In this document: piece by piece, positions 1 to 11,254 of the stretch
How the letters are laid out: each line of letters begins with the position of its first letter
Numbering within the stretch: the stretch's first letter is position 1
From: Macrostomum lignano
Taxonomy: Eukaryota
NCBI GenBank assembly: GCA_002269645.1
Contig: NIVC01001084.1
Span: 1-39,800 of the forward strand
DNA: 39,800 nt
Reading direction: 5' to 3'
Notes under the pieces: model-generated
What the model was told of the DNA's origin: nothing
Database searches by the model: none
The model's input: the letters and a program-made list of their open reading frames with translations, nothing else
Position numbers and translations under genes: made by a program

Positions 1-113
1 ATGCAGAGTCGAGTGTCTTGCTCAAGGACACAAATTGTTCCAAGTGTGTCGAGAATCGAACCCCGACCTTTCAGTCATGTGTCCGACGCTCTGAACACTG
101 GGCTAACATGCGG
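1..113 (-). mobile_element. CORE-SINE 5' part, cut by the window edge
   Basis: Reverse complement reads ttagcccagtgttcagagcgtcggac...aaaggtcggggttcgattctcg...gtgtccttgagcaagacactcgactctgcat. Confidence 0.8.
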
Positions 114-239
114 GTCGGGATTTCTCTGCTACGGTTCTCAGCTTTTGTTTTAATAATGCTTGGATTTGAATTGCTAAAGTTGATTTGAACTTAATATAAA
201 TATTAATCTTAATCCCAATCTTATAGCCATTATCAACCT

Positions 240-375
240 TAAGGTCAATCTCATAGGCAGTTTCAGAGTCAATCTCACAGTCAATCTCATAGTAATCTCA
301 TAGTCAATCTTATAGTCAATCTCATAGTCAATCTCATCGTCAATCTCACAGTTAGTCTCAGCGTCAATCTCAATA
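240..375. repeat. Degenerate 12-bp minisatellite (TAGTCAATCTCA)
   Basis: About 10 imperfect units; source of ORF 174..401. Confidence 0.75.
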
Positions 376-422
376 TTATAGGTAACATCCCTCATGCTCA
401 ATCTGATTCATAAGCAATTTAC

Positions 423-586
423 CGTCTGCACGAGAGGCCGCAGTTTGTCAGCAAAAACCTGAGCACTGCAGGTGTTCGTCCGCTTTAGCAGACGAAACCT
501 GTTCGATCCCGGGCTTGATGCGCGGACTGGGCTTGCTGACGAGCCTGTAACTGCTGTAAGCGTTGATGCAGCTGCTGCTGCTGATC
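423..586 (-). CDS. Probable downstream exon of the minus-strand gene
   Basis: aaatcag|GA TCA GCA...CAG ACG|gtaaat; open: GSAAAAASTLTAVTGSSASPVRASSPGSNRFRLLKRTNTCSAQVFADKLRPLVQT. It needs a phase-1 upstream partner that was not securely found. Confidence 0.45.
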
Positions 587-984
587 CTGATTTGAGGTCA
601 TAATTTAAGGGTTAAAAATCCTTTACAGAAGCATGGGATTATTATGCTTCCAAGTAGTTGCTAAGGGGAAAGTATTGAACGATGCAAAAGGATTTGGCTG
701 CCTCTGATCCTTTGGCGGTTTTTGTCTCTCGCTTTTTTCGAGTCTCGTGGCATCCCGCCATCCAATCCGAGTGGCCTGAGGCTGCGGTAGCCAGTCAGCC
801 TTATCTGAGTTTCAGGTCATGCAAATCATGCAGTTTGCGTATGCACTTCTTGGTCTGGGCTCATCATTCTTTAGCTCAGTTTGAAGTCGGGTTTGAAGAT
901 TTCAGAAACCGATTGTTAATGCCGTTAATTCTTAGAAAAGTAATTTCACTTACATTTTTCTCAATATACTTTCCATGTTCTACA

Positions 985-1285
985 TTTGGTTCATTGGATC
1001 TTTCTACATTGGAAGGTCGGGGGTTCGATTCTTGACCCAATCGGAACAATTTGTGTCCTTGAGCAAGACACTTAACTCTGCATTGCTTCAGTTCAAGCAG
1101 CTGTAAAATGGGTGCCAGCATTAGCTGGGGTAATTGAGGGTGTGTGGCGACCCCCCAGTCCTTGGACTGAACAGCCGTACGCAGCCTTCAGATGCGCCGC
1201 GCAATAGCTGCGGCTGAGCTGTCGGTTGCACATCTGGCCATTAAGGCAGGTGTAATCAATTCCTATTATTATTGATATTATAATC
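985..1285 (+). mobile_element. CORE-SINE copy with decayed tRNA head and TTA-rich tail
   Basis: GGTTCGATTC B box, CORE (ccttgagcaagacacttaactctgcattgcttcagttcaagcagctgtaaaatggg) and a 3' body matching the 33.7-34.0 kb copy. Confidence 0.85.
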
Positions 1286-1989
1286 GCATTGTTCAAATGA
1301 CAAACTAAATTTTCAACATCATATCCTGACGTTGCTAAGCGTTTCAATATCTCTTAGCGTCATAATCCAGGGTAAGTCTCGGTCAGTCATGCGAATTTCT
1401 TGAATTTCTTGCGTTTTGAGCAAACAAGACTTAAAGATATTTGAGCAGTGAATGAACACACTGGTGCAACACTCCTGAGCTCCTGAGCACATGCAAGTTA
1501 GTTTTTAACTCTTATAAGCTGCTCGCTACTGAAGACCCTGAATCATATGCAGCGCTGTTTCATTTGAGCCATTCGCTTCCTCCTCATTAGAAGCTCAACA
1601 CACCGCAGGAAGCCGCTCAGCAAAGCTAGGTAATTAGTTAATTGACACAAAGGATCCTCTGTTTTGAACAGGTACCCCTCTGCCTCTAGCTACATTCTCA
1701 ATTCTGTCTGCCTTCCTTTGTCATTCGATTGACCAAGCTCTGGGACTCGAATGGCAGGCCTCTCTATGCGCGCTTTGATCTGCGCTTTTGAACTTCATAT
1801 TCTTCATATTCTATTTAACCCTTCATCGCTGTTCTGCTTCTATCTCTATTTCACGTTTTACCTTGGCTAAATGTATTCGATTAGAATTTAATGCATTTTA
1901 GTCTATCTATCATGGGATTTTTTATGTGGTTTTAAAGATTTTTCGCTTAAAATCTGCATCGAAGAATTGAAAAAAGAACTAAAAAGGCA

Positions 1990-2185
1990 CCCTCACTGAG
2001 TAGCACCCTCGTTGAGTAGCAGCCTTCACTGAGTAACACTCCTCGCTGAGTAACACTCCTCACTGAGTAACACTCCTCACTGAGTAACACTCTCACTGAG
2101 TAACACTCCTCACTGAGTAACACTCCTCACTGAGTAACACTCCTCACTGAGTAACACTCCTCACTGAGTAACGCCCCTCACCGAG
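1990..2185. repeat. 18-bp minisatellite (CCTCACTGAGTAACACTC)
   Basis: About 10 units; same family as 3290-3897. Confidence 0.9.
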
Positions 2186-2266
2186 AAATATCAGACAAAC
2201 TTTCAGACACTACAATTACACAGCTCTACTAACAGTAGTCATTCTGTTGCAGCAAGCATTACTCAC

Positions 2267-2320
2267 GGGAAATCGAAAGCTGGGGACTTGCAAAGTGACG
2301 CACTGGCGGCCCGAGCTGAT
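2267..2320 (-). CDS. Probable small exon of the minus-strand gene (ISSGRQCVTLQVPSFRFP)
   Basis: cctctacag|ATC...CCC|gtgagt; 54 nt, phase 0-0. An alternative acceptor at 2355 is also open. Confidence 0.45.
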
Positions 2321-2449
2321 CTGTAGAGGCGAACTAGAATCTGAGGTGTTCATTGCTGCAGAAATAAACGGTTTGTTTATTGCAGCCCATACATGGGACT
2401 GAAAGATTTTAAAATTAATCTACATCACCGTACACACCCTCTCTACATC

Positions 2450-2770
2450 CAACCACACCTCACAACTCCCGCTCCTCACAATACCTCCTCATAACACCCA
2501 CCCCTCACAACACCCACCCCTTACAACACCCACCCCTCACAACACCCACCCCTCACAACAACCGCTCCTCTCAACACCCACCCCTCACAACACCCACCCC
2601 TCACAACACCCACTCCTCACAACACCCACCCCTCACAACACCCACCCCACAACACCCACCCCTCACAACACCCACCCCTCACAACACCCACCCCTCACAA
2701 CACCCACCCCTCACAACACCCACCCCTCACAACATCCACCCCTCACAACACCACCCCTCACAACACCCAC
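2450..2770. repeat. 16-bp minisatellite (CACCCACCCCTCACAA)
   Basis: About 20 units abutting the exon donor at 2770. Confidence 0.95.
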
Positions 2771-3209
2771 CCGGCCAGCCATAAAAAACCCACCAGTTCT
2801 CCTCAGCCCGACCCCGGACGGTACATCTCGAGCCCAGGGCACCGGTGAAATGGCCGGCGACACCAGGACATCCTCGCGATCTTGCGAATGCTCCCCCGTT
2901 CCTCTTCTCCGACCGACGCTTAGGCGGCTGCCGTCGCCTTCTGCATCGCCGCCGGCAGTATCGGCAGCTTCGGGAAAGCAGAAAAACTCGTTCATAATAT
3001 CGTCATCATCATCTTGGTCGTCAATGTCTGGATCTTCTTCTTCGACAGCCTGTTGCTTCTCCAGTGGCAACTTCAACTTGTGCCGTCTGGCTGCTACACT
3101 GAAGGCACGGCCAGGCTGCCCCGGCTGGGTGCCACCGGCAGTTGGCGGAGACAGCTGCTGCTCCAGGCGCTGCTGCTGCCTCTGAGTCTGCGTCGAAGAG
3201 CTGTCGCAC
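2771..3209 (-). CDS. Exon of the same minus-strand gene (Gln-rich and acidic low-complexity)
   Basis: Acceptor aaccatcag|G TGC, donor CGG|gtgggt; open for 439 nt: CDSSSTQTQRQQQRLEQQ...EEEDPDIDDQDDDDDIMNEFFCFPEAAD...GFFMAGR. Confidence 0.65.
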
Positions 3210-3289
3210 CTGATGGTTGAGAAGTGTCGGTCAACTATATTGATCGATATCAATATGATAAACGTTTAATTTGTCAGTTATATAAAATT

Positions 3290-3897
3290 CACTAAGTAAC
3301 ACTCTCACTGAGTAACACTCTCACTGAGTAACACTCTCACTGAGTAACTCTCACTGAGTAACTCTCTCACTGAGTAACACTCCTCACTGAGTAACACTCT
3401 CACTGAGTAACTCTCTCACTGAGAAACACTCCTCACTGAGTAACTCTCTCACTGAGAAACACTCCTCACTGAGTAACACTCTCACTGAGAAACACTCCTC
3501 ACTGAGTAACTCTCTCACTGAGAAACACTCCTCACTGAGTAACTCTCTCACTGAGAAACACTCCTCACTGAGTAACACTCCTCACTGAGTAACACTCTCA
3601 CTGAGTAACACTCTCACTGAGTAACACTCTCACTGAGTAACACTCTCACTGAGTAACACTCTCACTGAGTAACACTCTCACTGAGTAACACTCTCACTGA
3701 GTAACACTCTCACTGAGTAACACTCTCACTGAGTAACTCTCTCACTGAGTAACACTCTCACTGAGTAACACTCTCACTGAGTAACTCTCTCACTGAGTAA
3801 CACTCTCACTGAGTAACTCTCTCACTGAGTAACACTCTCACTGAGTAACACTCTCACTGAGTAACACTCTCACTGAGTAACACTCCTTACTGAGTAA
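3290..3897. repeat. 16/18-bp minisatellite (CTCACTGAGTAACACT)
   Basis: About 36 units; source of ORF 3384..3578. Confidence 0.95.
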
Positions 3898-5384
3898 ACG
3901 CTATTTTCAAAAATTCTATCCTAATAAATGCTAAATTGTTGGAAAAATTTAAAAAAAAAATATGCAAGACATTTTTTGCAAAAATAATACAACTGGTAAG
4001 CGCTTATTCTTCGAGTTTGTAACAAAACTTATTTATATACAAACGTAATTTAATACAGATTTATCGAGCCTCATTGAAATTATTTACCTTCCTAATTTGA
4101 TCGCATAATTGTTCTCCATGGAGCAGTCCAGATTGTTGGTCAAATATTCTTAAGGCATAAGGCAATTCAACACTGGTCAATTCCAGTCATCGAATCTCCC
4201 TCACTTATCCTAACTTTCTTTAGCAGATAATGAAGCAATTCTGAACTTCTTCTGTGAGCATATTTATGCAACAGGACTCGGCACTCCCCTTCCCCAGCCT
4301 CCCTTGTCCTTCATCCCCTGCCTCTGTTTCCCTCTGTTCTAGCTGTTTTCGGAATCTTTGAAAGAGGCTAAAAGAGATGCAGGACAGGTACAGAGAGGCT
4401 TGGAGACTGTCATTACAGACTTCTCAGAGCACTCTCTAGTAATACACAAGTAGCAGAGGCGCTCGTGCAGACAGGCATTGCAAGGGCCGGAGCTTGCAAT
4501 CACCTGCAACGTCACTAAAAGGAGCCGAGAGAGGGGGAGGTAAGGGAAAGCCTAACAAAAAGGCGCAGAGAAAAAGATCCTGCGGACACAGAATAATAAG
4601 ATTTCTAAGATTTTTGAGGATATGCTTGTCTCATGAGCAGGGCTTGCGGCAAAGTGAAGATTTCTTGTGTATCGGTTATTATTTTTGTTAGCCTACAAAG
4701 AGGCCTATACAGAAGAGTACCTGCTTTCCCCGCCGACTTAATATGGTTCTAGCTGTTTGAGTCGAATCGAATACTTTGTATGCATTGCAGGCCAATTTGT
4801 CTCTATTCGATATTGTCTTCGTACGCAAAACTGGGATTCAATGTGATTTCGTCCTTTATTCCTGCGGAGATAGGAAAGTTTTCATTTTTCAGTACAAAAA
4901 TTGTTAGTGCTCATTGATTTTATAAATCTATTTTGTCATTCTCAGCTGACTATGTAGCAATCTCGTACTAATACATGTAACAGACGACGATAAAATAGAT
5001 TCATAAAACCGACGAGTCGAGATGTGCCATGCATTTTTATGATTTTTAGGTGCAAGACATGTACGTAGAATAAAAATATTAACATACTCGTAGAATCCTA
5101 ATTTTCAAAAAGAAAAGCTTTATGAATATCAATTGACAATAAAGCTATAATAAGAAAGGCGCAACATATCAAAAGATGAACACTACCGGTAGGGTCTGCT
5201 TCGTATCGAAAGCAATAACAATTTTTTAAGCTGAAAAATTAAAATTTCCATCTCCATTTTTGTGTATTTTTTCGGAAACAACCTGCCTCCTAAACATTTT
5301 CCAAGAAACGAGGTTCCCCGTCCTAGTTGAGTAGTCCTTGATCAGATCATTGAAAAAATCAGCTTACTTATAATTAACCACTCA

Positions 5385-5660
5385 AAGTCACTCATAAACT
5401 CACTCATAAACTCACTCACAAACTCACTCATAAACTTACTCATAAACTCACTCATAAACTCACTCATAAACTCACTCATAAACTCACTCATAAACTCACT
5501 CATAAACTCATTCATAAACTCATTCATAAACTTACACATAAACTCACTCATAAATTCACTCATAAACTCACTCATAAACTCACTCATAAACTCATAAACT
5601 TACACATAAACTCACTCATAAACTCATAAACTTACACATAAACTCACTCATAAACTCATT
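5385..5660. repeat. 12-bp minisatellite (CTCACTCATAAA)
   Basis: About 23 units; source of the MSEF-repeat ORF. Confidence 0.95.
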
Positions 5661-5680
5661 TATTAAAATCGCTCACTCAC

Positions 5681-6119
5681 CGTCTCCGAGTCTTCGCACT
5701 CAGTTTATTGGACTTGATGGAGCATTGCTCAGTCAGCATCCGCCTTCGCTGACCCTTGCTGCCGCAGTCAGGGGCTCCGGCTGGTGCACAGGACACGTCG
5801 GCACCACATCGACCGCCTCCTGCTGCTGCTGCAGTTTGCTCAGGTCGCCCAGGGAGGAGGATCTTCGTCGCCGGTCGTGTAGCCGACGACGCGAGAAAAT
5901 CTGCCTGGCAGGTCGGAGGCCCCCCGCGGCTGCATCGTCGCAGCTGCTGTCGTCTGAGCTGTCAATTTCTACGGAGATGCTTCGAGGCGAAGCCGCAGGC
6001 GGCGGACTCGGGCAGGTGTCGGTGGAGGAGTTGAGCGTCAGGTTGACGGCAATCGGACAAGGGATGTTGTGCCGATGCTGGTGACGTGGCAGAGGAGTTC
6101 GGATCTCCATCTGGCGTGT
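5681..6119 (-). CDS. Exon of an unidentified minus-strand gene (disordered Ser/Arg/Pro-rich protein); one apparent 1-nt deficit
   Basis: Acceptor ctcccacag|ACA, donor CG|gtgagt; GC-rich island between two satellites. Reads TRQMEIRTP...RRRRSSSLGDLSKLQQQQ...QPEP, then after a frame change near 5771-5774 PDCGSKGQRRRMLTEQCSIKSNKLSAKTRR; phase-2 end fits the next exon. Confidence 0.6.
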
Positions 6120-6214
6120 CTGTGGGAGCGTTTTGCAATGTAGATTACACAGTATATAGTCAAGTAGAAATGCAGTTGGGTCGGGCTTAAAGTGGCCAGG
6201 TGTGTGTCGCACCC

Positions 6215-6392
6215 TTCCTGAGCTATCAGTGACCCCTCCGTGATCCTTCAGTGAGCCCTCCCTGATCCTTCAGTGAGCCCCACTTGATCTATCAGCGGCC
6301 ACTTTCGGATCCTTCAACGACCCCTCCATGATCCTTTAGCGATCCCTTCTCTGATTCTGCAGTGATCCCCTCTCTGATCCTACAGTGACCAT
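6215..6392. repeat. Degenerate ~21-22-bp repeat (GATCCTTCAGTGACCC...)
   Basis: About 8 diverged units; reverse complement of the 38.0-38.8 kb family. Confidence 0.7.
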
Positions 6393-6708
6393 CTTTAACT
6401 TTCAATATAATTAAGCCGTGTACAGAAATGAGCCTATAGCACTACTGACCAAGTCCTACTGAGTAGCATCACATGCTTTTTGCATTTTACTAAGTTACTT
6501 ATTAATACATCAAGTATTAATGAATTTTTCATTTCTATCTGCGAAACTGCAGACCAAAATTGAGAAAAGAGAAATTATGCTTTTGTCAAGAAGAAGATTC
6601 TTCTAGGCTGCTGAAAGAAGCAGACTAAGAAAGCGTTGCACATCGAAGAAAAAGATTTTATATGGTGTAATAAAAATTCTGATTTATTATCTAGGAATTT
6701 CAGCTCAC

Positions 6709-6838
6709 AGAATCTCGGCAAGACTCTGAATGCTTCATCAGATGCTACTTTCCGGGGTTTCATTTTGCTGCAATATTCGATACATATTAGTTTTGACTCG
6801 GAGGATGCGTTGCCTCTGTGCCCATTCTGTCACTCGTG
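6709..6838 (-). CDS. Possible upstream exon of the minus-strand gene
   Basis: catttcag|CA CGA GTG...TCT|gtgagc; RVTEWAQRQRILRVKTNMYRILQQNETPESSI, then LMKHSESCRDS only if one C is added near 6741. Confidence 0.3.
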
Positions 6839-6854
6839 CTGAAATGTATCTAGT

Positions 6855-7992
6855 ATCTATAAGCACACCTAGCCAGTGTCTATAAGCACACCTAGCCAGT
6901 GTCTATAAGCACATCTAGCCAGTGTCTATAAACACACCTAGCCAGTGTCTATAAACACACCTAGCCAGTGTCTATAAACACACCTAGCCAGTGTCTATAA
7001 ACACACCTAGCCAGTGTCTATAAACACACCTAGCCAGTGTCTATAAAGACACCTAGCCAGTGTCTATAAACACACCTAGCCAGTGTCTATAAACACACCT
7101 AGCCAGTGTCTATAAACACACCTAGCCAGTGTCTATAAACACACCTAGCCAGTGTCTATAAACACACCTAGCCAGTGTCTTTAAACACACCTAGCCAGTG
7201 TCTATAAACACACCTAGCCAGTGTCTATAAACACACCTAGCCAGTGTCTATAAACACACCTAGCCAGTGTCTATAAACACACCTAGCCAGTGTCTATAAA
7301 CACACCTAGCCAGTGTCTATAAACACACCTAGCCAGTGTCTATAAACACACCTAGCCAGTGTCTATAAACACACCTAGCCAGTGTCTATAAACACACCTA
7401 GCCAGTGTCTATAAACACACCTAGCCAGTGTCTATAAACACACCTAGCCAGTGTCTTTAAACACACCTAGCCAGTGTCTATAAACACACCTAGCCAGTGT
7501 CTATAAACACACCTAGCCAGTGTCTATAAACACACCTAGCCAGTGTCTATAAACACACCTAGCCAGTGTCTTTAAACACACCTAGCCAGTGTCTATAAAC
7601 ACACCTAGCCAGTGTCTATAAACACACCTAGCCAGTGTCTATAAACACACCTAGCCAGTGTCTATAAACACACCTAGCCAGTGTCTATAAACACACACAC
7701 CTAGCCAGTGTCTATAGACACACCTAGCCAGTGTCTATAAACACACACACACCTAGCCAGTGTCTATAAACACACACACACCTAGCCAGTGTCTATAAAC
7801 ACACACACACACCTAGCCAGTGTCTATAAACACACACACACCTAGCCAGTGTCTATAAACACACACACACACACCTAGCCAGTGTCTATAAACACACACA
7901 CACACCTAGCCAGTGTCTATAGACACACACACCTAGCCAGTGTCTATAAACACACCTAGCCAGTGTCTATAAACACACACACACCTAGCCAG
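6855..7992. repeat. 24-bp minisatellite (AAACACACCTAGCCAGTGTCTATA)
   Basis: About 45 highly homogeneous units, with CA expansions at the right end. Confidence 0.97.
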
Positions 7993-8127
7993 CGTAGCAA
8001 CAAAATGCATCGAGTTAAGCCCCAATTAAAAGTACATGCTCCTATAGTTGAACATGGATCTGAGCTGATTAGCTCCCTCACCTCTCACTCATCCCCTTCT
8101 TGCCTCTTGGCAGCAACACACCTGACT

Positions 8128-8141
8128 GTTGCTATAGCAAC
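8128..8141. promoter_or_regulatory. RFX X-box palindrome
   Basis: GTTGCTATAGCAAC is a perfect 14-bp palindrome fitting the GTHNYY-AT-RRNAAC X-box consensus. Confidence 0.55.
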
Positions 8142-8674
8142 CGGTCCTGTAGTTGGCGTGTGAGCATTATTATTATCACACTATGAAAGCTACAGCTGCT
8201 TGACATTTTGTGCAAACAGCCAAGCACACGCTTCATGCGTGTTTGGAAGAGAAAACAGACAGAAACCGAAGACGGATATGCAGCGTTTTTATCCGAGAAA
8301 TTTTTTTTACCTAACTGGAGGGGATTAAGGAAAGCGCTGTTCGTATTTGACGCCGGATAAATAACGCACTGGCTTATCTCGCTGAGTCGCGCGTTAATCC
8401 CATGGGTGTCTGAAACGAATTTGCAACCTGTCTAACCCCCCAGCCTGTATCCCTGTGTGTTTGAATTAAGGATTGCAGCACTGATCCTTGTCATACACAC
8501 GTACAAACATTTCTCCATTCCATGCAAAAGAATTCATGAAAAATCTCACAATTGTTCTCTATCAATGGCTTCTCTCGCTTCTACCTATAGGAGTTGAAGC
8601 TTACCCGAAAAAAACAAGTGACAAACTGCTTGTTGCACTGCCTTTCACTTGATCCACCTTGGCCCGCCCGGTCC

Positions 8675-9430
8675 CCTTCTCTTCTCTCTCCTCTCCCCAT
8701 CTCTTCTCTCTCCTCTCCCCCTTCTCTTCTCTCTCCTCTCCCCATCTCTTCTCTCTCCTCTCCCCCTTCTCTTCTCTCTCCTCTTCCCCTTCTCTTCTCT
8801 CTCCTCTGCCCCTTCTCTTCTCTCTCCTCTGCCCCTTCTCTTCTCTCTCCTCTGCCCCTTCTCTTCTCTCTCCTCTGCCCCTTCTCTTCTCTCTCCTCTG
8901 CCCCTTCTCTTCTCTCTCCTCTGCCCCTTCTCTTCTCTCTCCTCTCCCCCTTCTCTTCTCTCTCCTTTCCCCTTCTCTTCTCTCTCCTCTCCCCATCTCT
9001 TCTCTCTCCTCTCCCCCTTCTCTTCTCTCTCCTCTCCCCATCTCTTCTCTCTCCTCTCCCCCTTCTCTTCTCTCTCCTCTGCCCCTTCTCTTCTCTCTCC
9101 TCTGCCCCTTCTCTTCTCTCTCCTCTGCCCCTTCTCTTCTCTCTCCTCTGCCCCTTCTCTTCTCTCTCCTCTGCCCCTTCTCTTCTCTCTCCTCTCCCCT
9201 TCTCTTCTCTCTCCTCTGCCCCTTCTCTTCTCTCTCCTCTCCCCTTCTCTTCTCTCTCCTTTCCCCTTCTCTTCTCTCTCCTCTCCCCATCTCTTCTCTC
9301 TCCTCTGCCCCTTCTTTTCTCTCTCCTCTGCCCTTCTCTTCTCTCTCCTCTCCCCTTCTCTTCTCTCTCCTGTCCCTCTTCTCTTCTCTCTCTCCTCCCG
9401 CTTCTCTTTTCTCTCCTCTCCTTCGCTCCC
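8675..9430. repeat. Polypyrimidine 23-bp satellite (CCCCTTCTCTTCTCTCTCCTCTG)
   Basis: Almost pure C/T strand; source of four spurious ORFs. Confidence 0.95.
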
Positions 9431-10129
9431 TTTCCTCTATTGTCCTTTCCATTGAAGAGTTAGCCCCGAGGCAGAATATGAAAATTCGAAATATCGGTAC
9501 TCAACTTGCTTAAACATTTGCGTTACAGTGTAAGTGCTTTGGGTTTTGAGAACTCTTGCCTCTCTTCCTCCTCTCTCTCTCTCTCTCACTCTCGTCGCTC
9601 CTCTCTCCTCACTCCTCCCCAATCTTCTCCCTCTCTTCCTCTTTCCTCACTATTCCCAACCTAAACAGCACATTTACTATCATGAATGGTTTCAGGTAAA
9701 CGTTTCTCCCAGACTTTTACCATCTATTGCTCCCATTTACGAAACACCATTTTACCATTTCCAAAGAATTGATATTGGAAGAAAATGTAGAAAAGCAGAA
9801 GTATACCTTAGCTCTATTATCTGAATCCATTTCCAATGCAGCATTTATTCTTGCCGGTAACGCCCTTAGCGAATAGGTTATCTCTCATTCTGAACTGCAC
9901 AGGAACAATTCATTGCTAAGAGGTGCATTTAAGAAAAAACTTTCACTAGCAACAGCATTTCTGATTTAGGATACTCTCGATTGACGGGAAGGGGGCCATG
10001 GTAGGTGCTTTGCATGGTAAAACGGTCCCAAAGACAAGTTGGTTGCTAGGGAACTGGTAAAATTTGGAAACAGGTGCGCCTCTCTCTTGCTGCTGTTAAA
10101 AGGGCGCCAGTAGAGTGAATCTATTCTCC

Positions 10130-10795
10130 ACCGAGTGACTCTACCCAAACCGAGTGATCCTACCCTAAAAGAGTGACTGCACCCTTAATAGAGTGACTCT
10201 TACCGACAACCGACTCATCCTATCATCCTACCCACAACAGAGTGACTCTACCCCCAACAGAGTGACTCTACCCCCACCAGAGTGACTCTACCCCCAACAC
10301 AGTGAACTCTACCCTCAAAAGAGTGACTCTAAACCCAACAGAGTGATTCTACTTCAGTAAGAGTAACTCTTATCCTGAACTGAGTGTCTCTACCCTCAAA
10401 AGAGAGACTCTCTACCCCTAACAGAGTGACTCTTACCCCTAACCGAGTGACTCTACCCCTAACAGATTGACTCTACCCCTAACTGAGTGACTCTACCCCT
10501 AGCCGAGTGACTCTACCCCTAACCGAGTGACTCTACCCCTAACAGAGTGACTCTACCCCTCTACTCCCAACCGAGTGACTCTACCCCTAACAGAGTGACT
10601 CTACCCCTAACAGATTGACTCTACCCCTAACTGAGTGACTCTACCCCTAGCCGAGTGACTCTACCCCTAACCGAGTGACTCTACCCCTAACAGAGTGACT
10701 CTACCCCTAACAGATTGACTCTACTCCCAACCGAGTGGCTCTACCCCCAACAGAGTGACTCTATCCCCAGCAGAGTGACTCTACCCCAACGAAGT
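10130..10795. repeat. 20-bp minisatellite (GAGTGACTCTACCCCTAACA)
   Basis: About 30 units, degenerate at the left end and homogeneous at the right. Confidence 0.95.
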
Positions 10796-11254
10796 GGCTT
10801 TACACCTACATCAAATTGACATGCTATGTTGTAGGTGTCTATTGTCTAAATACTGTCTATTTTTTACGACTATATGATAACTATTATTTTTATGAACTTT
10901 TAATTTTTATTTATGAATTTTTGTGAGTAAAGTAAAAATGCTTACTTACCTTAAAATAATTACAAATTGTATTTAAAGAAACCTGGTTCTTTTAGGTTTT
11001 GCAAATTTAAAAACTGAATATTTAATACAACTTTTAACCAGTTCAGATATGAGAGCAGAAACAGCTCTGATTGGTTGTCAAACTCTTCAGCGAATAATGG
11101 AGCTTATGGTATTTACTGCCACTAAACAGCACACTGGCTGCCCTAGACTAAGGTGTGAAAGTCTGCAGTACTCTAAGTTCGTTCTCAGTGGAAACTTATG
11201 GCGATTAAAAGGATTGAGGTTTTGAGGGGGCTTGGGGAGGTGCTGGAGTTGCTA

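Noticed and set aside
485-550. Hammerhead ribozyme (CGAAAC ... CTGACGAG)
   Set aside because: No GUH cleavage triplet closing stem III; the motifs lie in a probable coding exon.
627-781. Extra minus-strand exon (PQATRIGWRDATRLEK...) followed by a 40-nt intron
   Set aside because: Open and correctly phased at its 5' end, but it ends in phase 2 while the next exon needs phase 1; left unresolved.
606-1825. piggyBac-like ends (AAGGGTTAA at ~608, TTAACCCTT at ~1816)
   Set aside because: They face away from each other, are too short, and share no subterminal similarity.
8594-9513. Four long ORFs (S/L/P/F-rich and E/R/G-rich)
   Set aside because: Translations of a CT-rich satellite, open in several frames on both strands.
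8610-9560. Third hAT element around the 8.7-9.4 kb CT tract
   Set aside because: Only vague TIR-like words (caagtgacaaact, tttgagaactcttg), with no homology to the subterminal blocks of the two accepted copies.
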